Assembly: GCA_040954595.2 (NCBI GenBank)
Contig: CM082583.2
Location: forward strand, 13,674,528-13,738,527
Direction of reading: 5' to 3'
Length of the DNA stretch: 64,000 bases
DNA from: Balanoglossus misakiensis
Taxonomy: Eukaryota > Animalia > Hemichordata
The position numbers and the translations under genes are program-made. Below the pieces are notes generated by a model. The model ran no database searches, was not told the origin of the DNA, and worked only from the letters and a program-made list of their open reading frames with translations. Numbering within the stretch: position 1 is the first letter of the stretch; each line of letters starts with the position of its first letter. Positions 24,901-38,522 of this stretch are shown in pieces.

Positions 24901-27900
24901 CACTGCGCTGTTAGGACAGCAAGTCGACCGCAACCTGGCCCACTTTCACCGCGCCGTTAGGACAGCAAGTCGACCGCAACCTGGCCCACTTTCACCGCGC
25001 CGTTAGGACAGCAAGTCGACCGCAACCTGGCCCACTTTCACCGCGCCGTCAGGACAGCAAGTCGACCGCAACCTGGCCCACTTTCACCGCGCTGTTAGGA
25101 CAGCAAGTCGACCGCAACCTGGCACACTTTCACCGCGCCGTCAGGACAGCAAGTCAACCGCAACCTGGCCCACTTTCACCGCGCTGTTAGGACAGCAAGT
25201 CAACCGCAACCTGGCACACTTTCACCGCGCCGTCAGGACAGCAAGTCGACCGCAACCTGGCCCACTTTCACCGCGCCGTTAGGACAGCAAGTCGACCGCA
25301 ACCTGGCCCACTTTCACCGCGCCATTAGGACAGCAAGTCGACCGCAACCTGGCCCACTTTCACCGCGCCGTTAGGACAGCAAGTCGACCGCAACCTGGCC
25401 CACTTTCACCGCGCTGTTAGGACAGCAAGTCGACCGCAACCTGGCACACTTTCACCGCGCCGTCAGGACAGCAAGTCGACCGCAACCTGGCACACTTTCA
25501 CCGCGCCGTCAGGACAGCAAGTCAACCGCAACCTGGCCCACTTTCACCGCGCTGTTAGGACAGCAAGTCAACCGCAACCTGGCACACTTTCACCGCGCCG
25601 TCAGGACAGCAAGTCGACCGCAACCTGGCCCACTTTCACCGCCCCGTCAGGACAGCAACCTGGCCCACTTTCACCGCGCCGTTAGGACAGCAAGTCGACC
25701 GCAACCTGGCCAACTTTCACCGCGCTGTTAGGACAGCAAGTCGACCGCAACCTGGCACACTTTCACCGCGCCGTCAGGACAGCAAGTCGACCGCAACCTG
25801 GCACACTTTCACCGCGCCGTCAGGACAGCAAGTCAACCGCAACCTGGCCCACTTTCACCGCGCTGTTAGGACAGCAAGTCGACCGCAACCTGGCCCACTT
25901 TCACCGCGCCGTTAGGACAGCAAGTCGACCGCAACCTGGCACACTTTCACCGCGCCGTCAGGACAGCAAGTCGACCGCAACCTGGCACACTTTCACCGCG
26001 CCGTCAGGACAGCAAGTCGACCGCAACCTGGCCCACTTTCACCGCGCTGTTAGGACAGCAAGTCGACCGCAACCTGGCCCACTTTCACCGCGCCGTTAGG
26101 ACAGCAAGTCGACCGCAACCTGGCCCACTTTCACCGCGCCGTCAGGACAGCAAGTCGACCGCAACCTGGCCCACTTTCACCGCGCCGTCAGGACAGCAAG
26201 TCGACCGCAACCTGGCCCACTTTCACCGCGCCGTCAGGACAGCAAGTCGACCGCAACCTGGCACACTTTCACCGCGCCGTCAGGACAGCAAGTCGACCGC
26301 AACCTGGCCCACTTTCACCGCGCCGTCAGGACAGCAAGTCGACCGCAACCTGGCACACTTTCACCGCGCTGTTAGGACAGCAAGTCAACCGCAACCTGGC
26401 CCACTTTCACCGCGCCGTCAGGACAGCAAGTCGACCGCAACCTGGCCCACTTTCACCGCGCTGTTAGGACAGCAAGTCGACCGCAACCTGGCACACTTTC
26501 ACCGCGCCGTCAGGACAGCAAGTCAACCGCAACCTGGCCCACTTTCACCGCGCCGTCAGGACAGCAAGTCGACCGCAACCTGGCCCACTTTCACCGCGCC
26601 GTTAGGACAGCAAGTCGACCGCAACCTAGCCCACTTTCACCGCGCTGTTAGGACAGCAAGTCGACCGCAACCTGGCACACTTTCACCGCGCCGTCAGGAC
26701 AGCAAGTCAACCACAACCTGGCCCACTTTCACCGCGCTGTTAGGACAGCAAGTCAACCGCAACCTGGCACACTTTCACCGCGCCGTCAGGACAGCAAGTC
26801 GACCGCAACCTGGCCCACTTTCACCGCGCCGTTAGGACAGCAAGTCGACCGCAACCTGGCCCACTTTCACCGCGCCATTAGGACAGCAAGTCGACCGCAA
26901 CCTGGCCCACTTTCACCGCGCCGTTAGGACAGCAAGTCGACCGCAACCTGGCCCACTTTCACCGCGCTGTTAGGACAGCAAGTCGACCGCAACCTGGCAC
27001 ACTTTCACCGCGCCGTCAGGACAGCAAGTCAACCGCAACCTGGCCCACTTTCACCGCGCTGTTAGGACAGCAAGTCGACCGCAACCTGGCACACTTTCAC
27101 CGCGCCGTCAGGACAGCAAGTCAACCGCAACCTGGCCCACTTTCACCGCGCCGTCAGGACAGCAAGTCGACCGCAACCTGGCCCACTTTCACCGCCCCGT
27201 CAGGACAGCAACCTGGCCCACTTTCACCGCGCTGTTAGGACAGCAAGTCGACCGCAACCTGGCCAACTTTCACCGCGCTGTTAGGACAGCAAGTCGACCG
27301 CAACCTGGCACACTTTCACCGCGCCGTCAGGACAGCAAGTCAACCGCAACCTGGCCCACTTTCACCGCGCTGTTAGGACAGCAAGTCGACCGCAACCTGG
27401 CCCACTTTCACCGCGCCGTTAGGACAGCAAGTCGACCGCAACCTGGCACACTTTCACCGCGCTGTCAGGACAGCAAGTCGACCGCAACCTGGCACACTTT
27501 CACCGCGCCGTCAGGACAGCAAGTCAACCGCAACTTGGCCCACTTTCACCGCGCTGTTAGGACAGCAAGTCGACCGCAACCTGGCACACTTTCACCGCGC
27601 CGTTAGGACAGCAAGTCGACCGCAACCTGGCACACTTTCACCGCGCCGTCAGGACAGCAAGTCAACCGCAACCTGGCCCACTTTAACCGCGCCGTTAGGA
27701 CAGCAAGTCAACCGCAACCTGGATCACTTTCACCGCGCTGTTAGGACAGCAAGTCGACCGCAACCTGGCACACTTTCACCGCGCCGTCAGGACAGCAAGT
27801 CGACCGCAACCTGGCCCACTTTCACCGCGCTGTTAGGACAGCAAGTCGACCGCAACCTGGCCCACTTTCACCGCGCCGTTAGGACAGCAAGTCGACCGCA

Positions 27901-30900
27901 ACCTGGCACACTTTCACCGCGCCGTCAGGACAGCAAGTCGACCGCAACCTGGCACACTTTCACCGCGCTGTCAGGACAGCAAGTCGACCGCAACCTGGCC
28001 CACTTTCACCGCGCTGTTAGGACAGCAAGTCGACCGCAACCTGGCCCACTTTCACCGCGCCGTTAGGACAGCAAGTCGACCGCAACCTGGCCCACTTTCA
28101 CCGCGCCGTTAGGACAGCAAGTCGACCGCAACCTGGCCCACTTTCACCGCGCCGTTAGGACAGCAAGTCGACCGCAACCTGGCCCACTTTCACCGAGCCG
28201 TCAGGACAGCAAGTCGACCGCAACCTGGCCCACTTTCACCGCGCCGTCAGGACAGCAAGTCGACCGCAACCTGGCACACTTTCACCGCGCCGTCAGGACA
28301 GCAAGTCGACCGCAACCTGGCACACTTTCACCGCGCCGTCAGGACAGCAAGTCGACCGCAACCTGGCACACTTTCACCGCGCTGTTAGGACAGCAAGTCG
28401 ACCGCAACCTGGCCCACTTTCACCGCGCCGTTAGGACAGCAAGTCGACCGCAACCTGGCACACTTTCACCGCGCTGTTAGGACAGCAAGTCGACCGCAAC
28501 CTGGCACACTTTCACCGCACCGTTAGGACAGCAAGTCGACCGCAACCTGGCACACTTTCACCGCACCGTTAGGACAGCAAGTCGACCGCAACCTGGCCCA
28601 CTTTCACCGCGCCGTTAGGACAGCAAGTCGACCGCAACCTGGCACACTTTCACCGCGCCGTTAGGACAGCAAGTCGACCGCAACCTGGCACACTTTCACC
28701 GCGCCGTCAGGACAGCAAGTCGACCGCAACCTGGCCCACTTTCACCGCGCTGTTAGGACAGCAAGTCGACCGCAACCTGGCACACTTTCACCGCGCCGTT
28801 AGGACAGCAAGTCGACCGCAACCTGGCACACTTTCACCGCGCCGTTAGGACAGCAAGTCGACCGCAACCTGGCCCACTTTCACCGCGCCGTCAGGACAGC
28901 AAGTCGACCGCAACCTGGCCCACTTTCACCGCGCTGTTAGGACAGCAAGTCGACCGCAACCTGGCCCACTTTCACCGCGCTGTCAGGACAGCAAGTCCAC
29001 CGCAACCTGGCCCACTTTCACCGCGCCGTCAGGACAGCAAGTCGACCGTAACCTGGCCCACTTTCACCGCGCCGTCAGGACAGCAAGTCGACCGCAACCT
29101 GGCCCACTTTCACCGCGCTGTTAGGACAGCAAGTCGACCGCAACCTGGCACACTTTCACCGCGCCGTCAGGACAGCAAGTCGACCGCAACCTGGCACACT
29201 TTCACCGCGCCGTCAGGACAGCAAGTCAACCGCAACCTGGCCCACTTTCACCGCGCTGTTAGGACAGCAAGTCGACCGCAACCTGGCACACTTTCACCGC
29301 GCCGTCAGGACAGCAAGTCGACCGCAACCTGGCCCACTTTCACCGCGCCGTTAGGACAGCAAGTCGACCGCAACCTGGCCCACTTTCACCGCGCCGTTAG
29401 GACAGCAAGTCGACCGCAACCTGGCACACTTTCACCGCGCTGTTAGGACAGCAAGTCGACCGCAACCTGGCACACTTTCACCGCGCCGTCAGGACAGCAA
29501 GTCAACCGCAACCTGGCCCACTTTCACCGCGCTGTTAAGACAGCAAGTCGACCGCAACCTGGCACACTTTCACCGCGCCGTCAGGACAGCAAGTCAACCG
29601 CAACCTGGCCCACTTTCACCGCGCCGTCAGGACAGCAAGTCGACCGCAACCTGGCCCACTTTCACCGCCCCGTCAGGACAGCAAGTCGACCGCAACCTGG
29701 CCCACTTTCACCGCGCTGTTAGGACAGCAAGTCGACCGCAACCTGGCACACTTTCACCGCGCCGTCAGGACAGCAAGTCGACCGCAACCTGGCACACTTT
29801 CACCGCGCCGTCAGGACAGCAAGTCGACCGCAACCTGGCACACTTTCACCGCGCTGTTAGGACAGCAAGTCGACCGCAACCTGGCCCACTTTCACCGCGC
29901 CGTTAGGACAGCAAGTCGACCGCAACCTGGCACACTTTCACCGCGCCGTTAGGACAGCAAGTCGACCGCAACCTGGCACACTTTCACCGCGCCGTCAGGA
30001 CAGCAAGTCAACGGCAACCTGGCACACTTTCACCGCGCTGTTAGGACAGCAAGTCGACCGCAACCTGGCACACTTTCACCGCACCGTTAGGACAGCAAGT
30101 CGACCGCAACCTGGCACACTTTCACCGCACCGTTAGGACAGCAAGTCGACCGCAACCTGGCCCACTTTCACCGCGCCGTTAGGACAGCAAGTCGACCGCA
30201 ACCTGGCACACTTTCACCGCGCCGTTAGGACAGCAAGTCGACCGCAACCTGGCACACTTTCACCGCGCCGTCAGGACAGCAAGTCGACCGCAACCTGGCC
30301 CACTTTCACCGCGCTGTTAGGACAGCAAGTCGACCGCAACCTGGCACACTTTCACCGCGCCGTTAGGACAGCAAGTCGACCGCAACCTGGCACACTTTCA
30401 CCGCGCCGTTAGGACAGCAAGTCGACCGCAACCTGGCCCACTTTCACCGCGCCGTCAGGACAGCAAGTCGACCGCAACCTGGCCCACTTTCACCGCGCTG
30501 TTAGGACAGCAAGTCGACCGCAACCTGGCCCACTTTCACCGCGCTGTCAGGACAGCAAGTCCACCGCAACCTGGCCCACTTTCACCGCGCCGTTAGGACA
30601 GCAAGTCGACCGCAACCTGGCCCACTTTCACCGCGCCGTCAGGACAGCAAGTCAACCGCAACCTGGCCCACTTTCACCGCGCTGTTAGGACAGCAAGTCG
30701 ACCGCAACCTGGCACACTTTCACCGCGCCGTCAGGACAGCAAGTCGACCGCAACCTGGCCCACTTTCACCGCGCTGTTAGGACAGCAAGTCGACCGCAAC
30801 CTGGCACACTTTCACCGCGCCGTCAGGACAGCAAGTCGACCGCAACCTGGCCCACTTTCACCGCGCCGTTAGGACAGCAAGTCGACCGCAACCTGGCCCA

Positions 30901-33900
30901 CTTTCACCGCGCCGTTAGGACAGCAAGTCGACCGCAACCTGGCACACTTTCACCGCGCTGTTAGGACAGCAAGTCGACCGCAACCTGGCACACTTTCACC
31001 GCGCCGTCAGGACAGCAAGTCAACCGCAACCTGGCCCACTTTCACCGCGCTGTTAAGACAGCAAGTCGACCGCAACCTGGCACACTTTCACCGCGCCGTC
31101 AGGACAGCAAGTCGACCGCAACCTGGCCCACTTTCACCGCGCCGTCAGGACAGCAAGTCGACCGCAACCTGGCCCACTTTCACCGCCCCGTCAGGACAGC
31201 AAGTCGACCGCAACCTGGCCCACTTTCACCGCGCTGTTAGGACAGCAAGTCGACCGCAACCTGGCCCACTTTCACCGCGCCGTTAGGACAGCAAGTCAAC
31301 CGCAACCTGGCCCACTTTCACCGCGCCGTCAGGACAGCAAGTCGACCGCAACCTGGCCCACTTTCACCGCGCCGTCAGGACAGCAAGTCGACCGCAACCT
31401 GGCCCACTTTCACCGCGCCGTTAGGACAGCAAGTCGACCGCAACCTGGCCCACTTTCACCGCGCCGTCAGGACAGCAAGTCGACCGCAACCTGGCACACT
31501 TTCACCGCGCTGTTAGGACAGCAAGTCGACCGCAACCTGGCACACTTTCACCGCGCCGTCAGGACAGCAAGTCGACCGCAACCTGGCCCACTTTCACCGC
31601 GCCGTCAGGACAGCAAGTCGACCGCAACCTGGCCCACTTTCACCGCGCTGTTAGGACAGCAAGTCGACCGCAACCTGGCCCACTTTCACCGCGCCGTCAG
31701 GACAGCAAGTCGACCGCAACCTGGCCCACTTTCACCGCGCTGTTAGGACAGCAAGTCGACCGCAACCTGGCACACTTTCACCGCGCCGTCAGGACAGCAA
31801 GTCGACCGCAACCTGGCCCACTTTCACCGCGCCGTCAGGACAGCAAGTCGACCGCAACCTGGCCCACTTTCACCGCGCTGTTAGGACAGCAAGTCGACCG
31901 CAACCTAGCCCACTTTCACCGCGCTGTTAGGACAGCAAGTCGACCGCAACCTGGCACACTTTCACCGCGCCGTCAGGACAGCAAGTCAACCGCAACCTGG
32001 CCCACTTTCACCGCGCTGTTAGGACAGCAAGTCAACCGCAACCTGGCACACTTTCACCGCGCCGTCAGGACAGCAAGTCGACCGCAACCTGGCCCACTTT
32101 CACCGCGCCGTTAGGACAGCAAGTCGACCGCAACCTGGCCCACTTTCACCGCGCCATTAGGACAGCAAGTCGACCGCAACCTGGCCCACTTTCACCGCGC
32201 CGTTAGGACAGCAAGTCGACCGCAACCTGGCCCACTTTCACCGCGCTGTTAGGACAGCAAGTCGACCGCAACCTGGCACACTTTCACCGCGCCGTCAGGA
32301 CAGCAAGTCAACCGCAACCTGGCCCACTTTCACCGCGCTGTTAGGACAGCAAGTCGACCGCAACCTGGCACACTTTCACCGCGCCGTCAGGACAGCAAGT
32401 CGACCGCAACCTGGCCCACTTTCACCGCGCCGTCAGGACAGCAAGTCGACCGCAACCTGGCCCACTTTCACCGCCCCGTCAGGACAGCAACCTGGCCCAC
32501 TTTCACCGCGCCGTTAGGACAGCAAGTCGACCGCAACCTGGCCAACTTTCACCGCGCTGTTAGGACAGCAAGTCGACCGCAACCTGGCACACTTTCACCG
32601 CGCCGTCAGGGCAGCAAGTCAACCGCAACCTGGCCCACTTTCACCGCGCCGTCAGGACAGCAAGTCAACCGCAACCTGGCCCACTTTCACCGCGCTGTTA
32701 GGACAGCAAGTCAACCGCAACCTGGCACACTTTCACCGCGCCGTCAGGACAGCAAGTCGACCGCAACCTGGCCCACTTTCACCGCGCCGTTAGGACAGCA
32801 AGTCGACCGCAACCTGGCCCACTTTCACCGCGCCGTTAGGACAGCAAGTCGACCGCAACCTGGCCCACTTTCACCGCGCTGTTAGGACAGCAAGTCGACC
32901 GCAACCTGGCACACTTTCACCGCGCCGTCAGGACAGCAAGTCAACCGCAACCTGGCCCACTTTCACCGCGCTGTTAAGACAGCAAGTCGACCGCAACCTG
33001 GCACACTTTCACCGCGCCGTCAGGACAGCAAGTCAACCGCAACCTGGCCCACTTTCACCGCGCCGTCAGGACAGCAAGTCGACCGCAACCTGGCACACTT
33101 TCACCGCGCCGTCAGGACAGCAAGTCGACCGCAACCTGGCCCACTTTCACCGCGCTGTTAGGACAGCAAGTCAACCGCAACCTGGCACACTTTCACCGCG
33201 CCGTCAGGACAGCAAGTCGACCGCAACCTGGCACACTTTCACCGCGCTGTCAGGACAGCAAGTCGACCGCAACCTGGCCCACTTTCACCGCGCTGTTAGG
33301 ACAGCAAGTCGACCGCAACCTGGCCCACTTTCACCGCGCCGTTAGGACAGCAAGTCGACCGCAACCTGGCCCACTTTCACCGCGCCGTTAGGACAGCAAG
33401 TCGACCGCAACCTGGCCCACTTTCACCGAGCCGTCAGGACAGCAAGTCGACCGCAACCTGGCCCACTTTCACCGCGCCGTCAGGACAGCAAGTCGACCGC
33501 AACCTGGCACACTTTCACCGCGCCGTCAGGACAGCAAGTCGACCGCAACCTGGCACACTTTCACCGCGCCGTCAGGACAGCAAGTCGACCGCAACCTGGC
33601 ACACTTTCACCGCGCTGTTAGGACAGCAAGTCGACCGCAACCTGGCACACTTTCACCGCGCCGTTAGGACAGCAAGTCGACCGCAACCTGGCACACTTTC
33701 ACCGCGCCGTTAGGACAGCAAGTCGACCGCAACCTGGCACACTTTCACCGCGCCGTCAGGACAGCAAGTCAACGGCAACCTGGCACACTTTCACCGCGCT
33801 GTTAGGACAGCAAGTCGACCGCAACCTGGCACACTTTCACCGCACCGTTAGGACAGCAAGTCGACCGCAACCTGGCACACTTTCACCGCGCCGTTAGGAC

Positions 33901-36900
33901 AGCAAGTCGACCGCAACCTGGCCCACTTTCACCGCGCCGTTAGGACAGCAAGTCGACCGCAACCTGGCACACTTTCACCGCGCCGTTAGGACAGCAAGTC
34001 GACCGCAACCTGGCCCACTTTCACCGCGCCGTCAGGACAGCAAGTCGACCGCAACCTTGCCCACTTTCACCGCGCTGTTAGGACAGCAAGTCGACCGCAA
34101 CCTGGCACACTTTCACCGCGCCGTCAGGACAGCAAGTCGACCGCAACCTGGCCCACTTTCACCGCGCTGTTAGGACAGCAAGTCGACCGCAACCTGGCCC
34201 ACTTTCACCGCGCCGTTAGGACAGCAAGTCGACCGCAACCTGGCCCACTTTCACCGCGCCGTCAGGACAGCAAGTCGACCGCAACCTGGCCCACTTTCAC
34301 CGCGCTGTTAGGACAGCAAGTCGACCGCAACCTGGCACACTTTCACCGCGCCGTCAGGACAGCAAGTCGACCGCAACCTGGCCCACTTTCACCGCGCTGT
34401 TAGGACAGCAAGTCGACCGCAACCTGGCCCACTTTCACCGCGCTGTTAGGACAGCAAGTCGACCGCAACCTGGCCCACTTTCACCGCGCCGTTAGGACAG
34501 CAAGTCGACCGCAACCTGGCACACTTTCACCGCGCTGTCAGGACAGCAAGTCGACCGCAACCTGGCACACTTTCACCGCGCCGTCAGGACAGCAAGTCAA
34601 CCGCAACTTGGCCCACTTTCACCACGCTGTTAGGACAGCAAGTCGACCGCAACCTGGCACACTTTCACCGCGCCGTTAGGACAGCAAGTCGACCGCAACC
34701 TGGCACACTTTCACCGCGCCGTCAGGACAGCAAGTCAACCGCAACCTGGCCCACTTTAACCGCGCCGTTAGGACAGCAAGTCAACCGCAACCTGGATCAC
34801 TTTCACCGCGCTGTTAGGACAGCAAGTCGACCGCAACCTGGCACACTTTCACCGCGCCGTCAGGACAGCAAGTCGACCGCAACCTGGCCCACTTTCACCG
34901 CGCTGTTAGGACAGCAAGTCGACCGCAACCTGGCCCACTTTCACCGCGCCGTTAGGACAGCAAGTCGACCGCAACCTGGCCCACTTTCACCGCGCCGTTA
35001 GGACAGCAAGTCGACCGCAACCTGGCACACTTTCACCGCGCCGTCAGGACAGCAAGTCGACCGCAACCTGGCACACTTTCACCGCGCTGTCAGGACAGCA
35101 AGTCGACCGCAACCTGGCCCACTTTCACCGCGCTGTTAGGACAGCAAGTCGACCGCAACCTGGCCCACTTTCACCGCGCCGTTAGGACAGCAAGTCGACC
35201 GCAACCTGGCCCACTTTCACCGCGCCGTTAGGACAGCAAGTCGACCGCAACCTGGCCCACTTTCACCGAGCCGTCAGGACAGCAAGTCGACCGCAACCTG
35301 GCCCACTTTCACCGCGCCGTCAGGACAGCAAGTCGACCGCAACCTGGCACACTTTCACCGCGCCGTCAGGACAGCAAGTCGACCGCAACCTGGCACACTT
35401 TCACCGCGCCGTCAGGACAGCAAGTCGACCGCAACCTGGCACACTTTCACCGCGCTGTTAGGACAGCAAGTCGACCGCAACCTGGCACACTTTCACCGCG
35501 CCGTTAGGACAGCAAGTCGACCGCAACCTGGCACACTTTCACCGCGCCGTTAGGACAGCAAGTCGACCGCAACCTGGCACACTTTCACCGCGCCGTCAGG
35601 ACAGCAAGTCAACGGCAACCTGGCACACTTTCACCGCGCTGTTAGGACAGCAAGTCGACCGCAACCTGGCACACTTTCACCGCACCGTTAGGACAGCAAG
35701 TCGACCGCAACCTGGCACACTTTCACCGCACCGTTAGGACAGCAAGTTGACCGCAACCTGGCCCACTTTCACCGCGCCGTCAGGACAGCAAGTCGACCGC
35801 AACCTGGCCCACTTTCACCGCGCCGTCAGGACAGCAAGTCGACCGCAACCTGGCCCACTTTCACCGCGCCGTCAGGACAGCAAGTCGACCGCAACCTGGC
35901 CCACTTTCACCGCGCCGTCAGGACAGCAAGTCAACCGCAACCTGGCCCACTTTCACCGCGCTGTTAGGACAGCAAGTCAACCGCAACCTGGCCCACTTTC
36001 ACCGCGCCGTTAGGACAGCAAGTCGACCGCAACCTGGCCCACTTTCACCGCGCCGTTAGGACAGCAAGTCGACCGCAACCTGGCACACTTTCACCGCGCC
36101 GTCAGGACAGCAAGTCGACCGCAACCTGGCCCACTTTCACCGCGCTGTTAGGACAGCAAGTCGACCGCAACCTGGCCCACTTTCACCGCGCTGTTAGGAC
36201 AGCAAGTCGACCGCAACCTGGCCCACTTTCACCGCGCCGTTAGGACAGCAAGTCGACCGCAACCTGGCCCACTTTCACCGCGCCGTCAGGACAGCAAGTC
36301 GACCGCAACCTGGCCCACTTTCACCGCGCTGTTAGGACAGCAAGTCGACCGCAACCTGGCACACTTTCACCGCGCCGTCAGGACAGCAAGTCAACCGCAA
36401 CCTGGCCCACTTTCACCGCGCTGTTAGGACAGCAAGTCGACCGCAACCTGGCCCACTTTCACCGCGCCGTCAGGACAGCAAGTCGACCGCAACCTGGCCC
36501 ACTTTCACCGCGCTGTTAGGACAGCAAGTCGACCGCAACCTGGCACACTTTCACCGCGCCGTCAGGACAGCAAGTCGACCGCAACCTGGCCCACTTTCAC
36601 CGCGCTGTTAGGACAGCAAGTCGACCGCAACCTGGCCCACTTTCACCGCGCCGTTAGGACAGCAAGTCGACCGCAGCCTGGCACACTTTCACCGCGCCGT
36701 CAGGACAGCAAGTCGACCGCAACCTGGCACACTTTCACCGCGCCGTCAGGACAGCAAGTCGACTGCAACCTGGCCCACATTCACCGCGCCGTTAGGACAG
36801 CAAGTCGACCGCAACCTGGCCCACTTTCACCGCGCCGTCAGGACAGCAAGTCGACCGCAACCTGGCCCACTTTCACCGCCCCGTCAGGACAGCAAGTCGA

Positions 36901-38522
36901 CCGCAACCTGGCCCACTTTCACCGCGCTGTTAGGACAGCAAGTCGACCGCAACCTGGCCCACTTTCACCGCGCCGTTAGGACAGCAAGTCAACCGCAACC
37001 TGGCCCACTTTCACCGCGCCGTCAGGACAGCAAGTCGACCGCAACCTGGCCCACTTTCACCGCGCCATTAGGACAGCAAGTCGACCGCAACCTGGCACAC
37101 TTTCACCGCGCCGTCAGGACAGCAAGTCGACCGCAACCTGGCCCACTTTCACCGCGCCGTCAGGACAGCAAGTCGACCGCAACCTGGCCCACTTTCACCG
37201 CGCTGTTAGGACAGCAAGTCGACCGCAACCTGGCCCACTTTCACCGCGCCGTTAGGACAGCAAGTCGACCGCAACCTGGCCCACTTTCACCGCGCTGTTA
37301 GGACAGCAAGTCGACCGCAACCTGGCCCACTTTCACCGCGCCGTTAGGACAGCAAGTCGACCGCAACCTGGCCCACTTTCACCGCGCCGTCAGGACAGCA
37401 AGTCGACCGCAACCTGGCCCACTTTCACCGCGCCGTCAGGACAGCAAGTCGACCGCAACCTGGCCCACTTTCACCGCGCCGTCAGGACAGCAAGTCGACC
37501 GCAACCTGGCCCACTTTCACCGCGCCGTCAGGACAGCAAGTCGACCGCAACCTGGCCCACTTTCACCGCGCTGTTAGGACAGCAAGTCGACCGCAACCCG
37601 GCACACTTTCACCGCGCCGTCAGGACAGCAAGTCGACCGCAACCTGGCACACTTTCACCGCGCCGTCAGGACAGCAAGTCAACCGCAACCTGGCCCACTT
37701 TCACCGCGCTGTTAGGACAGCAAGTCGACCGCAACCTGGCCCACTTTCACCGCGCCGTTAGGACAGCAAGTCGACCGCAACCTGGCCCACTTTCACCGCG
37801 CTGTTAGGACAGCAAGTCGACCGAAACCTGGCCCACTTTCACCGCCCCGTCAGGACAGCAAGTTGACCGCAACCTGGCACACTTTCACCGCGCCGTCAGG
37901 ACAGCAAGTCGACCGCAACCTGGCCCACTTTCACCGCGCTGTTAGGACAGCAAGTCGACCGCAACCTGGCCCACTTTCACCGCGCCGTTAGGACAGCAAG
38001 TCGACCGCAACCTGGCCCACTTTCACCGCGCCGTCAGGACAGCAAGTCGACCGCAACTAGGCCCACTTTCACCGCGCCGTTAGGACAGCAAGTCGACCGC
38101 AACCTGGCCCACTTTCACCGCGCCGTTAGGACAGCAAGTCGACCGCAACCTGGCCCACTTTCACCGCGCCATCAGGACAGCAAGTCGACCGCAACCTGGC
38201 CCACTTTCACCGTGCTGTTAGGACGGCAAGTCGACCGCAACCTGGCCCACTTTCACCGCGCCGTCAGGACAGCAAGTCGACCGCAACCTGGCCCACTTTC
38301 ACCGCGCCGTCAGGACAGCAAGTCGACCGCAACCTGGCCCACTTTCACCGCGCCGTCAGGACAGCAAGTCGACCGCAACCTGGCCCACTTTCACCGCGCC
38401 GTCAGGACAGCAAGTCGACCGCAACCTGGCCCACTTTCACCGCGCCGTCAGGACAGCAAGTCGACCGCAACCTGGCCCACTTTCACCGCGCCGTCAGGAC
38501 AGCAAGTCGACCGCAACCTGGC
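21959..38522. repeat. 46-bp CpG-rich subtelomeric minisatellite type A, ~360 copies
   Basis: Consensus AACCTGGC(C/A)CACTTTCACCGCGC(C/T)GT(T/C)AGGACAGCAAGTC(G/A)ACCGC; head-to-tail over 16.5 kb. Confidence 0.99.
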
